A stretch of 30,923 nucleotides of DNA from Oleiphilaceae bacterium (GTDB lineage: Bacteria > Pseudomonadota > Gammaproteobacteria > Pseudomonadales > Oleiphilaceae): NCBI GenBank assembly GCA_041624095.1, contig JBFJVR010000001.1, positions 1 through 30,923 on the forward strand, in the 5' to 3' direction. This document shows, in pieces, positions 18,001 to 22,213 of this stretch. Positions within the stretch are counted from its first letter, which is position 1. Every line of letters starts with the position of its first letter. A program made the position numbers and the translations under genes. Under the pieces are notes generated by a model. The model worked only from the letters and a program-made list of their open reading frames with translations, ran no database searches and was not told the DNA's origin.

Positions 18001-19836
18001 AACATCACTATTACCACGCTAGATGATCTTGCGAATCCCAACCATTTGCTTCTGGAACCTTTGCGTCGACGATTGGAGCTCTTCAGCCAAGCGGGCATCG
18101 ATAATATAGATGCATCCGTTTCGTCGATGGCGGTACGCGTCGATGGTGGAGAAGATAAAGATTACATCACTGGCGGGCAGGGCGACGATGCCTTGTTTGG
18201 TTCAAGCGGTAATGATGAAATCTACGGGCTATCGGGTAACGACTACATCGACGGCCAGGCTGGACACGACACCTTGTTTGGTCACCAAGGAACCGACCGG
18301 ATATTTGGCGGTTCGGGCGATGACCTGATACGCGGCATGAGCGATAACGACGTACTCGATGGCGGCCTCGGACGAGACATTCTGTTTGGTGAAGATGGCC
18401 TCGTAACGGATTATTCAGGGGCTTCGTTATTAGCCGAACAGCTCCGTGATGGGAGTGGCACAGTACAGATAGCCAGAATATCCAGTTCGGTTTTCAGCAA
18501 CGACGACGATGTGATCAACGACCTTAGCGGTGACAACATCGTGTTTGCCGGTTTGGGTAACGACACAGTGACCACAGGCGATGGCAATGACTGGATTTTC
18601 GCCGACACCGGCGAGATCCACTATAGCGAGGGCAAAGTCCAGCATTTCTACTCCAATAATGATGGGCGGGGACAGGACTATATCCACAGCGGTGGTGGCA
18701 ATGACATCGTATTTGGAGGTTTGGGAAGCGATGAAGTCCATACTGGGAGTGGTAACGACGTGGTATTGGCAGATACAGGTCATATCGCCTTCCACGCAAA
18801 CGGTTCGCAGATTTCATTAATCGATAATGGTGTTACGCCAGCAGCTGGTGGCAACGACAGAATTTACCTCGGCGACGGAAAAGACACCGGTTTAGGTGGC
18901 TTCGGAGCTGACCTGATTGAAGGCGGAGCTGGGTCCGATGCGATCTTTGGTGACTTCGTTAGCATCAAACAATCCCAGTCAGGTATTCGCGATATCCAGT
19001 CCCTAATGGCCGGTATAGGTAGCAGTGACGCCTTATCGGGCGGCGCCGGTTTCGATATGCTGGTTGGCGGAGCAGGCCGCGATGTATTTACCGGCAGCCT
19101 GACAGAAGACATTATTATTGGTAACTATGCGCGCATCATCGACTCGCCAGACGAACGGTCCTTGCTGGTCGTATCTGACCCCAGCAACCGCGAGGTGATC
19201 TCTGCCAGCATGTTCGGCCTTTACAGAGACGAGGCGCTTGGCCGCGCCACCGATACTGAAGAGCAGCAGTCCTTGATCTTCGATTACCAAGCCTATGCAA
19301 ACAAGCCAAGCCCACTGAAATCGGATACAGCGCTGCGCTTAATGCCGATGCTCAACAGCGAAGACTTGTCACGCTTATCCGACAGCGAGCTAAAAGACTT
19401 TTTGCGCAACCTGCCGCTGGTACCACAGAAGAGCCATACCTCGCACACGATACCCAAGTCATCGGGCTCAAGCCTCGACAAACTGTTTGATTTAGACAGC
19501 GACGCTGCGGCAGAAAGCAATAAACTGGGTATGGGTGCGCACTTGCTTGATGACCTGTATATGACGCAAAATGGCTCGACCAAAAATAGCGACACCGAAG
19601 CCAAGGCGCTAGGGTCAAACGGCTCGACTAGCGACGAACCAAATCGCCAGCTAGACTCCGGGCTCGCGGCAAGTCTGTTACTTGCCGCTCGGGTCGCCGA
19701 TAAACGTGGCTGGAAGGTCTCACGTTTTAGCGATGAGGAATCAAAAATTCAGGGCGACCTCGATAGCCTGCGGCGGGCTCAGGCAAGCCAGAAGTTTGTG
19801 GCCTGGACGAAAAACGATAGCGCGACCAAGCACTAG
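1..19836 (+). CDS. Giant RTX/beta-roll repeat surface protein (adhesin-like), 5'-partial
   Basis: The 6604-aa ORF from ATG 22 has no upstream stop in frame (cgc gac atc acg ctc agc tat = RDITLSY) and no SD before ATG 22, so the gene probably starts left of the window. It is rich in D/G/S/T/A/N, has many GGxGxDxL-type nonapeptides in several clusters, and I saw no Cys by eye. Stop TAG at 19834-19836. Confidence 0.93.
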   Translation, partial: RDITLSYMGKTLSSQFDSARNGYFYTVTVDNVSYQFVADNSEQSLNDALKLLAGLKPAELGNNAATVQQITHLGEQRKVISVDEFGFQTDDNANYALLKVTYNDAAGSQTAYADVALTRSGLDARQKVAGEAYGDGDILRGSGYFYQVSLESGSQQFDENGQPILEDQFVAAVQRDGNITQEISLANGLDRVTLFYGYNTDALQNGMSSLNSVEIYSWMSSVEVVDTINAAFDNVSVSVSELDDALSGAPWTIQVDSAGAKQFAYHYQTQAFAGQVLKQADSALLQAFVRAQAAGDGIWEHAFNDDGSPSLFIETAMLDGQLTWAEWMKTAKLQSGTSAQSLLPVHDLVAAAITEAEVFDQAPDWTAATAQLKTLLSNFAGMERVTITSSTGSDGLPVWSFSESVASNAFNLYEFSDSTIGANDTAVHVFYNGLYKSINFGELTLSAEDKSRHVVVDSADNNAALLAAMTQQVKALTGLESSVAYDGTRWQIEVAGALSSSLQLSTDSRFKPDPVSLGDSETLVYIGDESGSLVGSRLSLSHEDITEGQIKLYVGDSAVSLSVDPSTTRDALVAALGSVSGVNINVIADSGSSSEWTLSVEDANLDDDLTIGLEAVASRTSLPLVLVSQWQQGSLLAEDATLEGLFDASTLVLPDLSSLRNLMLAVDGGPATDISIDSADISASKTSIANALGVAEADIDVNVFDGVWNITFLTGPAPSVLLHYDLPGQSVSLSGTDLQLPDLSSALNVQLQVDDGPRTDITLDASDLSTSKTSIANGLGLAEADIDVSLVNSAWRISLLTASPGEILLHYDLPEQIGLAEKLGLGLTPLSKALDNTRLLLPDLSQAGTSNLQFAGSSLSMSYDDQNSDIYLGDGLTAEEFAAAASTPALTIDPNDVTLSEVVDGWVIDFKGALAPALTLNFDLPGLTGQSRSLELVAFDYSQQSVAIPLGFDQIEVSYNGESAVIDLTPFQLSGAESDTDFPVQYTADDLAGLFAGINVLEDAQLNAEISADPAGYLQLSIVMPNGESEYFALAIAPVVLGSQQADIISSVPVSNGFVVPVASAGDNLTLAFGAGLDAGSQLEITVPANFSAAKLQQQLLAHAGSQGFAVSSVKVETINAGSDWAITFFADTALPLYYSINGAVESAAAAQFKTITDNSVQQINLPLVEETLALSLGDETVYIYRDASANEVKTALESLSLVTQAMVEVDASSWTITLIDPASDGSQSYPVLSWQAINNTIDNAAVADAVKTIERLGGETWSVELDQTNLSQQAVYDFELNTNSGETFINAVQIIERQVPRALLKDVWEIDESSGQAVKTGEQDWFLDPRTVVDGSVDEIAISGSDANDHFLIGNQILNKGQGDAEQIQYGVMQITHTREGLADDGVTINLRSLSRVASTEEAALGLEGNSSVNDILNIDAGEGNDTLLAGLVPNSPDIVAGNDILLSNMVAELGLIGGEGNDWIVGSKFIDRIEMGSGSDRVSGNEGVDIFIGDESSIGDVLLEARSGSFSLSDIALSITYQQKTAKITETGVDTGERQVVELEDVQLFESFILYGGADTDVFATGNFTKDAILDGTEGGDRYTTTLSGELGESSNVRIADSGALGADTLEIQGSAADDTIHLDVIDSSSDYLVGYTSVSSPLRFSYRGETTEEINVDLPVGQTRLLDQRKAIEAALQALDGIQDVIVSGEGTELKPWKIVLVDADQNAGEFYALEAANSNTEVSALQTAIVERLQNNVADALLAGAPNVDAMFDNPINQQQLFFRRGEWPADLVDLDSAERSVTLNYNGSVSEFTFDTTSLPSSQSEQITEFRNQLETAIQVFDASASIRGAGTDQDPWVIQLVDAATDRHDNFYSVTLSNVPQYEVEQDGVTQSYNLFTDPADLADAAAQTRASADLSTIGDFQRVYYNFTLEQVVTRGREGDDTFIVDDTAAAVKVYGDAGSDNFLVGRVLKTTTVVSDGREVEIVDSSDPNAPGITSGVSFNADFFGGSGDDYFEVNHNVGVLNLYGESGDDTFFLKAHLELNPDTTGSKTTREIAGSTINAAAGDEDGFIEANDNDSLIDYVENNRVNIYGGSGFDTIVIAGTSFDDEFFIYTDNDGQQYLYGAGIKLESIDGIERLALVTGAGNDKVWLYGLDQRLSLLLNLGSGDDTVQIGGEAKDFTVTYPKSGAIYTVGQKVNIEQLLASSTRVTPDTISLVKRKFDDELSQEERIAGAKAALDDAKMVSIFQDFFKKWFPEADASKVIISRDYWNLLETNLATALYHFRAGLNATSSSQIKYGSGFDNFKNNTQAILDKFAYLPGQYKQNSGRDWNKIRGYLTADQLAQMPETLDLAGVQALLGGGGLWIDKWVKNPMGLLSIDDILFSDYLNKALGYTLWGDFLHGHVHRPIDLEGKHLVTSQIPEGKGYMDHLTGVEQGDKSYIFISTDEVRAHGNNQTGGDLLVDMLALFYDVEALNDVTYNIVEQWQSVEVDGIQSYRFDTLPEREETRWIPESYDLSRIAGVVRIAGAAGDDAIEINAQDDNGLSLTLGTQTLKLGEFVFSGDPMETLKVKAAQKFIDNYSGATTDARYINQKLLVDTARSAQADWLASTYITTADGIAISNQDVQDALIRANKETNINVIHDLLENTLSSLSLDVSIDREVPASDGIKFTLEGQLLALQTVWTVSNDNLGSYNWFDAAAEETAEDGAQRQTWFTGLGDFIQHGLHLSDSNQYADANATFSLDVLNGYLASEQLEFLLANNGSSFDGLQDQLIALRNYLTLTVVSDTLDDKAYTRLGESALKVYKQNSPTLGASQSTRYYWDLLYSPSDIARGENWLDPNRAGAFNDRIDLSEILGPPDALNTADTVSPQLALLRAVVPGASNINLGAGTATDKLAGNDIELLKEYARQLAALDESYYTYAYSGTNETGAKVLAAIAINRVSNTVEKSHLLESGVYLTADNWGDYIAAFYTDPDYTAALASLPIANITDFTEENVDAFIQAALNQSTLEIKAPVEDGTRINLGGGRIGYMDIQTVQDDAFLYVPLEVVLREDITESVNVDRSFVSVARELYEVTYDTLDLANDGGLLNHGFWFGTVENLTLNINQDDTRDIGDIVDMSNSKFVEDLVINTGGGDDTLNIVTEGLIGTLDIFTGSGADTLSVNAANGTGNINVDSGTEADQITLNILSLEADENGNLPAAEALSVSLEGGAGADQYTVTLSGQTRENITIEDVNDGVAGSAGNQLTVIASEFDDAFLLRNNLLYLYNHSDDEVGERIDYTGLSYLTIYGEDGNDSFYFDDTNIVTDVFAGAGDDTFQVGQMYASPRGEQSGLPIEEYFFTQETTKGFLSNGIGEQATLNGEDGEDSFIVYRNMAELSLFGGNDSDTFVVRSFIEVDPNDPDKPFTNINGGQGADFINYTLNSPVLIDGGDGLDTLTVLGTEFGDDYIITDEGIYGAGRVTRYSGIEQVLVDGMEGNDTFFVFSTPEGVDLQLIGGLGSDTFNVAGGSDGKAIDVVADDLRGHSGLIAHNDGSDIINTLDVNVMDNDEAGVRIIPLQDSYKVIEGVQSVAYAVVLTRPPKKFVSFEAKASPLGDRSIPGSEGVTLNGRNGADGITLLFDKSNWFIPQEIEIAGIDDSLTEGNIAYSIKHKVTEGFGLDGDSYDGIAVESYTVEVIDNELSNVVITPNSHELVAAETGNWDAGYNSYDLVLSKQPTADVTVLISDVSGQLSTSPASVTFSSDSSAANAWNRVQTVIIDAVDEADGQIEGIHYSRLTHTVISSDSSYNGLLADSLDVKIGDAEISQFIVLESGGDTTVTEKASTAVLTEGQVLNASGTDFIGTIGDSQISENGQNNSSNTAQDLDISSWSIKNDAEIVDSTTIPHLSIDGRLEGTKDYYKFEVTDTMLLDEFGNPKAVAVHLDMDHGFEYSYASGQFVSDPIYWVSKLELFKESDDQRVIGTRGTGADAGSLNNSYYDDKVTYSLTEAGVYYIEVGSRYNWYYDYEARQYKYGVPDGADYELQVSIEDHAYDELKFTPDPVLENEAEQALNNQIQDIDDASNWFTFDDGAIGDGTLDAATPHAVITGSGDGSVDRYQFSIDYNMLNPNAGDLDAVNSLIDGKLWYTAATVNLSAAHTIASGELWSITINGMQYDYAAQPGDGINQVAEGLELSVNSQIDASENVTVDASGSSLIVSATTGSAFTLGDDGSLVGNVATEPDAIVGNTIVNPYTTASSTRFGSYTETFTNALLSITGDANANSSWAVQVGGVEVARYDAATSDVARNTVLQALADNSGGAIVADTANGTLTVTGGGDSVVLVVTGDASGVDVGISKTLSAGVDVTADSLNIALTGDWSYGGDVWTLTHSGQVFTYTTPGNTVDSIDDVAAALAAEIRNLTNANGRNSDGIVNSSASATGGVISFDTIYTGANPDASNVSYSVTRSDTADTIADTNSYMISQTIDLNGTFAAGETWDIRDGGTSLLTGTYVAGTNGDTNYTGLAQQLAALDDGSDSYQISANGEQLVVTLTTNDETATLNLNAQVVAATNALTTSNGSVGPVVAATIDFSPVSAGDSVTFSLSAAGGGSPSVNQAFTNITALETLINGGGSFANYSASVSGDVLSITFNDGSDRAVSVSSASYTGSVQGSGTADTDVATATINLANDREFVVNETWTLFDGTNEIASHLVTNASSIADLINNNLASGLSAAYNLVYDNAAEELRITANAGSFSGDFSLVITKAGSVGNVSAITAELPQTVILGQLITLDAPNLVQTGDIWTLDIQGIATDGSFVSSQNYTTSNPALSAIASQFETQLTAESALSIVSSGNTLLVERNDGSALVISELSNQRADAESALAATQDTRSHYSTAEIDLAGSPSKGKIWIVTIDGQDFDYAATSSDTNLNLIAQGLRDRIMEDTATHGYVAMVADGATSIVLTNLRSATVEVDYANAGTALGLFDLQQAVTTTEKVLSDTLSSSSTTTTPSSSQYVSGEYRYTTNTSTYVRVDETTKVYHQIVKTPYLRLINAADPTTVLLEVIGDNPQLPYGFTTEGDYYIETGYQVETNEIRETSTKTTQTVHRTVNVERFIVVGYFQWSTNNSSWTSSSTQVSTPVNTANILPTYDTGVIGGSSYRLNVSLQEHAINSSAFDLTGMVIRITEGAGFDDATGIGQTAVITSFDPLTGAVSVTPTTPSAWAIDDTTRYQIEYDISSQYAAYAIDENVNWMNDSYKIALTAAPSADYSINVNAIDARSYNADLAFSDPSNAEFLQSQVDIAALSRLVGFTVDAWDTPVTINISAIDDAVIDGGDAKVVAPPEERINQIRGPLTIDGGIRTNQEAVINNPHMLPDENNWIIADGLLTADASIAGNGELNIIDTGATHFDPDNPDVLQNPGFDPRANDAPYEILFVSGALEGMSFDVVEGSVSGAQLTIRPIGAVFGEDGWPMDSDGNPLLPLASDSYVFRPVNRNTLVEESSQVDVMSIFNGDSPADDEGVLTANRLSGFGMGGDTVIAGETILGGIHYANLENLNIELGSGNDTLTIESTHQGTTSVMGGAGEDQVRVKTIAGQTFVDGETGSDGVVVSSDAQQLDQIMSLLTVIGDSGPSGADGEVDTLTIDDSLDTNDNTAQLTKDTLTGLDMPSIQEQQQIYLQADSGTFDLSLAGYGTLTVDWNVSESQLAADIQSLIDTVHTEPGFNGGVQVSLSLADGLPQRTYEIRFINDLAGIDMPRFEVDGALLGAPTSFTPRIESQTLQDGGTEPQTMQNVFVLEMLSQTGTFQLGLLDEVITLNNNVSEQDFFAALDPILNPNNQPDRVSTYPGTNGFQLKKAGTSFILVLQGEHQELILDQNNILSGDVSLTQRADGINYYSIEELNIITGAGNDRINVLSTNAGTTTNINAAAGSDQFHVASTANGSFSRQDTADGVLDGIQGTLNIDAGSEHNALYVSDFDSLVADTGVVLSDGQIQGMSLGDINYTATGGSFDNDLVIWAGQGADNISLSSVYQQSVSITSLYTNAGADNITITTLDDLANPNHLLLEPLRRRLELFSQAGIDNIDASVSSMAVRVDGGEDKDYITGGQGDDALFGSSGNDEIYGLSGNDYIDGQAGHDTLFGHQGTDRIFGGSGDDLIRGMSDNDVLDGGLGRDILFGEDGLVTDYSGASLLAEQLRDGSGTVQIARISSSVFSNDDDVINDLSGDNIVFAGLGNDTVTTGDGNDWIFADTGEIHYSEGKVQHFYSNNDGRGQDYIHSGGGNDIVFGGLGSDEVHTGSGNDVVLADTGHIAFHANGSQISLIDNGVTPAAGGNDRIYLGDGKDTGLGGFGADLIEGGAGSDAIFGDFVSIKQSQSGIRDIQSLMAGIGSSDALSGGAGFDMLVGGAGRDVFTGSLTEDIIIGNYARIIDSPDERSLLVVSDPSNREVISASMFGLYRDEALGRATDTEEQQSLIFDYQAYANKPSPLKSDTALRLMPMLNSEDLSRLSDSELKDFLRNLPLVPQKSHTSHTIPKSSGSSLDKLFDLDSDAAAESNKLGMGAHLLDDLYMTQNGSTKNSDTEAKALGSNGSTSDEPNRQLDSGLAASLLLAARVADKRGWKVSRFSDEESKIQGDLDSLRRAQASQKFVAWTKNDSATKH
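1951..2775 (+). repeat. Three tandem ~87-101 aa protein repeats (LPDLS...W.I.F...[HN][YF]DLP)
   Basis: LPDLS starts at 1957, 2218 and 2521. Units 1 and 2 share SKTSIAN.LG.AEADIDV and LLHYDLP; unit 3 is diverged (GWVIDF, LNFDLP). Confidence 0.85.
4258..6480 (+). repeat. RTX-type Ca-binding beta-roll cluster 1
   Basis: DAGEGNDTL, IGGEGNDWI, YGGADTDVF, RGREGDDTF, YGDAGSDNF, FGGSGDDYF, YGESGDDTF, YGGSGFDTI, TGAGNDKV, LGSGDDTV. Confidence 0.85.
9340..10480 (+). repeat. RTX-type beta-roll cluster 2 (paralogous to 4726-6480)
   Basis: TGGGDDTL, TGSGADTL, EGGAGADQY, YGEDGNDSF, AGAGDDTF, FGGNDSDTF, NGGQGADFI, DGGDGLDTL, DGMEGNDTF, IGGLGSDTF. Confidence 0.85.
10588..11350 (+). other. Two tandem Calx-beta/cadherin-like beta-sandwich domains within the giant protein
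   Basis: Both follow the pattern DN[DE]..V.I....V.E.....Y.[VL]VL...P...V......F...[NA]W...Q.[IV].I...D....EG (DNDEAGVRII...SNWFIPQEIEIAGIDD; DNELSNVVIT...NAWNRVQTVIIDAVDE). Family name assigned from motif memory. Confidence 0.6.
11512..12039 (+). other. PPC-like (pre-peptidase C-terminal type) beta-sandwich domain 1
   Basis: NNSSNTAQDLD...DYYKFEV...LDMD...KLELF...YSLTEAGVYYIEVG...DYELQVS matches the D.Y.F / L.L / G.YYI.V / Y.L.V pattern of PPC-type domains. Confidence 0.6.
12320..14810 (+). repeat. About eight diverged ~100-120 aa repeats with an (I/L).L....G[DE].W.[IL] signature
   Basis: Signature Trp codons at 12379 (GELW), 12736 (NSSW), 13033 (GDVW), 13366 (GETW), 13966 (NETW), 14278 (GDIW), 14593 (GKIW), plus a Trp-less unit near 13663 (GDSV). 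Most are followed by an amphipathic helix (e.g. VAEGLELSVN, VAAALAAEI, IAQGLRDRI). Confidence 0.7.
18142..19110 (+). repeat. C-terminal RTX nonapeptide array
   Basis: Nine consecutive nonapeptides at 18142-18384 (DGGEDKDYI, TGGQGDDAL, FGSSGNDEI, YGLSGNDYI, DGQAGHDTL, FGHQGTDRI, FGGSGDDLI, RGMSDNDVL, DGGLGRDIL), then about a dozen more up to VGGAGRDVF. C-terminal RTX arrays are an established hallmark of type I secretion substrates. Confidence 0.95.
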
Positions 19837-19868
19837 TTAAAAATGTAAGCTTAATACCACTTAAATTT

Positions 19869-19874
19869 AGAGGA
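19869..19874 (+). promoter_or_regulatory. Shine-Dalgarno for the DUF3467-like gene
   Basis: AGAGGA, 6 nt before ATG 19881. Confidence 0.7.
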
Positions 19875-19880
19875 TTAGTA

Positions 19881-20180
19881 ATGTCAGATGATGCAGTAAA
19901 CAAGAAGAAGACCTCAGGCCCAACTATACGCTGGGACGACAGCAAAATGCGCAGCGTGTATGCCAATGTGTGCAATGTATCGAGTACCCGTGAAGAGGTG
20001 ACCTTGTTATTTGGTACAAATCAAGCGTGGCGCGCAGGGCAGCAGGAGGTTGGCATCGAGTTGACCGATCGCATTATCGTTAGCCCATTTGCCGCCAAAC
20101 GGCTGTCAGTGTTGTTAAACGGCGTTGTATCGGAATACGAAAAACGCTTCGGCGCGTTGGATGACATCGAACAAAAATAA
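19881..20180 (+). CDS. DUF3467-like small protein (99 aa)
   Basis: YANVCNVSSTREEVTLLFG and RIIVSPFAAKRLSVLLNGVVSEYEKRFG match the DUF3467 pattern as I recall it (YAN...EF.L.F ... R..MSP..AKRL...L...YE...G). Good SD; 44 bp after the giant gene. Confidence 0.8.
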   Translation: MSDDAVNKKKTSGPTIRWDDSKMRSVYANVCNVSSTREEVTLLFGTNQAWRAGQQEVGIELTDRIIVSPFAAKRLSVLLNGVVSEYEKRFGALDDIEQK

Positions 20181-20350
20181 ATCTAATGCCTTGATACGCG
20201 AAGTGTTTGGACTCCGATCTTTAGTCTGAGCGCTTCGCTCTTGTATATGTGTACTATCTCGTCCAACTCAGTTTTGTATCAGCCGCATCGGGGCTGCATG
20301 CTCTCTTTTTGGTATGAATCTGCCTTTCTCGTGTAAACGGGCCCAAACCT

Positions 20351-22174
20351 ATGAGTGAATTAAACCTGCGCCTACCAGACGAGCCAGATCTTCCCGACAG
20401 CTTGGTGGATGTTGAAAGTGAGCGTTGGCATGCAGAGTGGCTAGTCTGGATGTGTCGCCAGATACCCTCAGCGGTGGCCGCGCTGGTTGTCAGCGACGAA
20501 GACCTGAGCGGTCAATTTCACCCCAAAGCAGTGTGGCCCGATAGCACGAATCACGATGCGCTAATGCAACAGGCGACAGAAGAAACCCTGCGTAAAAAAC
20601 AGGCCTTGCTTACACCGCTCGACGATGGCAAACATCATTTGGGTAGTTATCCGGTATTTGTTGAAGGCACCTTACGTGCTGTTATCACGATGCTATTCAT
20701 GATCAAAGACCAAAACGAGTTAGAACAAGCGCTCAAAGTCATCGAGCACTGTTCGGCTTGGCTAGAATTGGGTTTGGCACGCAAACAACTAGGCTCATTG
20801 TCAGCCCAAACGCAGCGGCAGAAGTTAGTGGTCGACAGTATTGCCGATGTGTTGGGAGAGCCAGATTTTGAACATGCAGCACTGCGTTTTGTTAACTTAA
20901 TGGGGCGTCACCTCGGTGCTGAGAGAGTCGTGCTGGGCTTCGTTCAGCATGGTGAAGTAGCCGTTCACTCAGAGTCGGACAGCAGCGGGCATAGCAAGAA
21001 GCACGAGCTCGTCAAATTGAGTAATCAGGCGCTCCAGGAGGCAGTTGATCAACAAGAGTCAATTGTCTGGCCACAGCCTGAGGACATGCACAAAGTGACG
21101 GTAGCGCACCAAAAACTTGCCGAAGCTGAAGGCAAACGAGCCTTGCTAAGTATTCCGCTGGTCGACAAGGAATTGTGCTACGGAGCCATATTGTTCGACC
21201 GTTCACCAGAAAGACCGTTTAACGATGCGGAGCTACTGACCGGCGAAGCCTTGGCAAACTTCGTTGGCGCCGTCCTCGAAGAAAAACGCCAGTCCGACTT
21301 ACCCTTGTATAGCCATGCTTACCGCAGTATCGAGAAACAACTCGCCCGGCTAATCGGACCTGGTCACCTGACGCGCAAAGTCACCGTGTTCAGCGCCGTT
21401 CTACTGCTGGTTTTGTTCAGCGTTCTCAATGGAAGTTATAAGGTAGGTGCCGATGCCGTACTCGAAGGCGCAGAACTGCGGTCTATCGTCGTTCCCTTTG
21501 ATGGCTATCTTCAGCGCGCCGAAGTGAGAGCGGGAGACAGCGCGCCCGAGCGTACCGTGTTAGCCGAGCTGGATACGCGCGAACTGCGTCTGCAACGCAT
21601 TAGCTGGATCAGCCAACAGGCCACCTCTAAGCGTCAGTACGAAGACGCTCTGGCAAAGCAGGAACGCGCACAAGTTCAGATTAGCCATGCGCAAGTACAA
21701 CGCGCCCAAGCAGAAATCGATTTGCTCGACTACCAGATATCGCAAGCCATCATGCGCGCTCCCTTCGATGCCCTTGTGGTATCGGGTGATCTCAATCAGC
21801 GTATTGGGTCCCTAGTGCGACAAGGCGAAGTATTGTTTGAACTTGCTCCCAGCGAACGTTTTCGCTTAGCCATTTACGTCGATGAGTTCCGTATCAATGA
21901 TGTTGCGTCTGAACAACAGGGACAGTTAGTGCTCGCCGCCTTACCCGACGAGAAATTCCCGTTCGTAGTTACGCGCATTAACCCAATGGCAGAAGTGCGC
22001 GATGGCGCTACGGTTTACCGGGTTGAAGCCGAAATCAACAGCACCTCGGATTTACTCAGAGTCGGGCTCGAGGGGGTCGCGCAGGTTTATGTTGATGAGC
22101 GTTTGCTAATCAGCATCTGGACCCGCAGCCTGAGTGACTGGTTAAAGCTGCAGTACTGGCGGTTCTGGGGCTAG
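20351..22174 (+). CDS. GAF domain(s) + single TM + HlyD/membrane-fusion (periplasmic adaptor) protein
   Basis: GAF-like segment at aa ~165-310 (ALLSIPLVDKELCYGAILFDR), TM near aa 346-364 (KVTVFSAVLLLVLFSVLNG), split biotinyl-lipoyl halves IVVPFDGYL and MRAPFDALVV around a coiled-coil hairpin, then a beta-barrel. The start codon has no clear SD. Confidence 0.85.
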   Translation: MSELNLRLPDEPDLPDSLVDVESERWHAEWLVWMCRQIPSAVAALVVSDEDLSGQFHPKAVWPDSTNHDALMQQATEETLRKKQALLTPLDDGKHHLGSYPVFVEGTLRAVITMLFMIKDQNELEQALKVIEHCSAWLELGLARKQLGSLSAQTQRQKLVVDSIADVLGEPDFEHAALRFVNLMGRHLGAERVVLGFVQHGEVAVHSESDSSGHSKKHELVKLSNQALQEAVDQQESIVWPQPEDMHKVTVAHQKLAEAEGKRALLSIPLVDKELCYGAILFDRSPERPFNDAELLTGEALANFVGAVLEEKRQSDLPLYSHAYRSIEKQLARLIGPGHLTRKVTVFSAVLLLVLFSVLNGSYKVGADAVLEGAELRSIVVPFDGYLQRAEVRAGDSAPERTVLAELDTRELRLQRISWISQQATSKRQYEDALAKQERAQVQISHAQVQRAQAEIDLLDYQISQAIMRAPFDALVVSGDLNQRIGSLVRQGEVLFELAPSERFRLAIYVDEFRINDVASEQQGQLVLAALPDEKFPFVVTRINPMAEVRDGATVYRVEAEINSTSDLLRVGLEGVAQVYVDERLLISIWTRSLSDWLKLQYWRFWG

Positions 22175-22213
22175 GCATATGCACACAACATCGACTTTGG
22201 CAAAGCATTTACC

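Noticed and set aside
19654-19836. PEP-CTERM, GlyGly-CTERM or LPXTG sorting signal
   Set aside because: The signature motifs are absent, the hydrophobic run is only about 10 aa, and about 45 residues follow it; kept only as an unclassified candidate signal.
20181-20350. Intrinsic terminator between the DUF3467-like gene and GAF-HlyD
   Set aside because: Only 5-bp stems (GAGCG/CGCTC; CAGCC/GGCTG) without an immediately adjacent U-tract; too weak to call.
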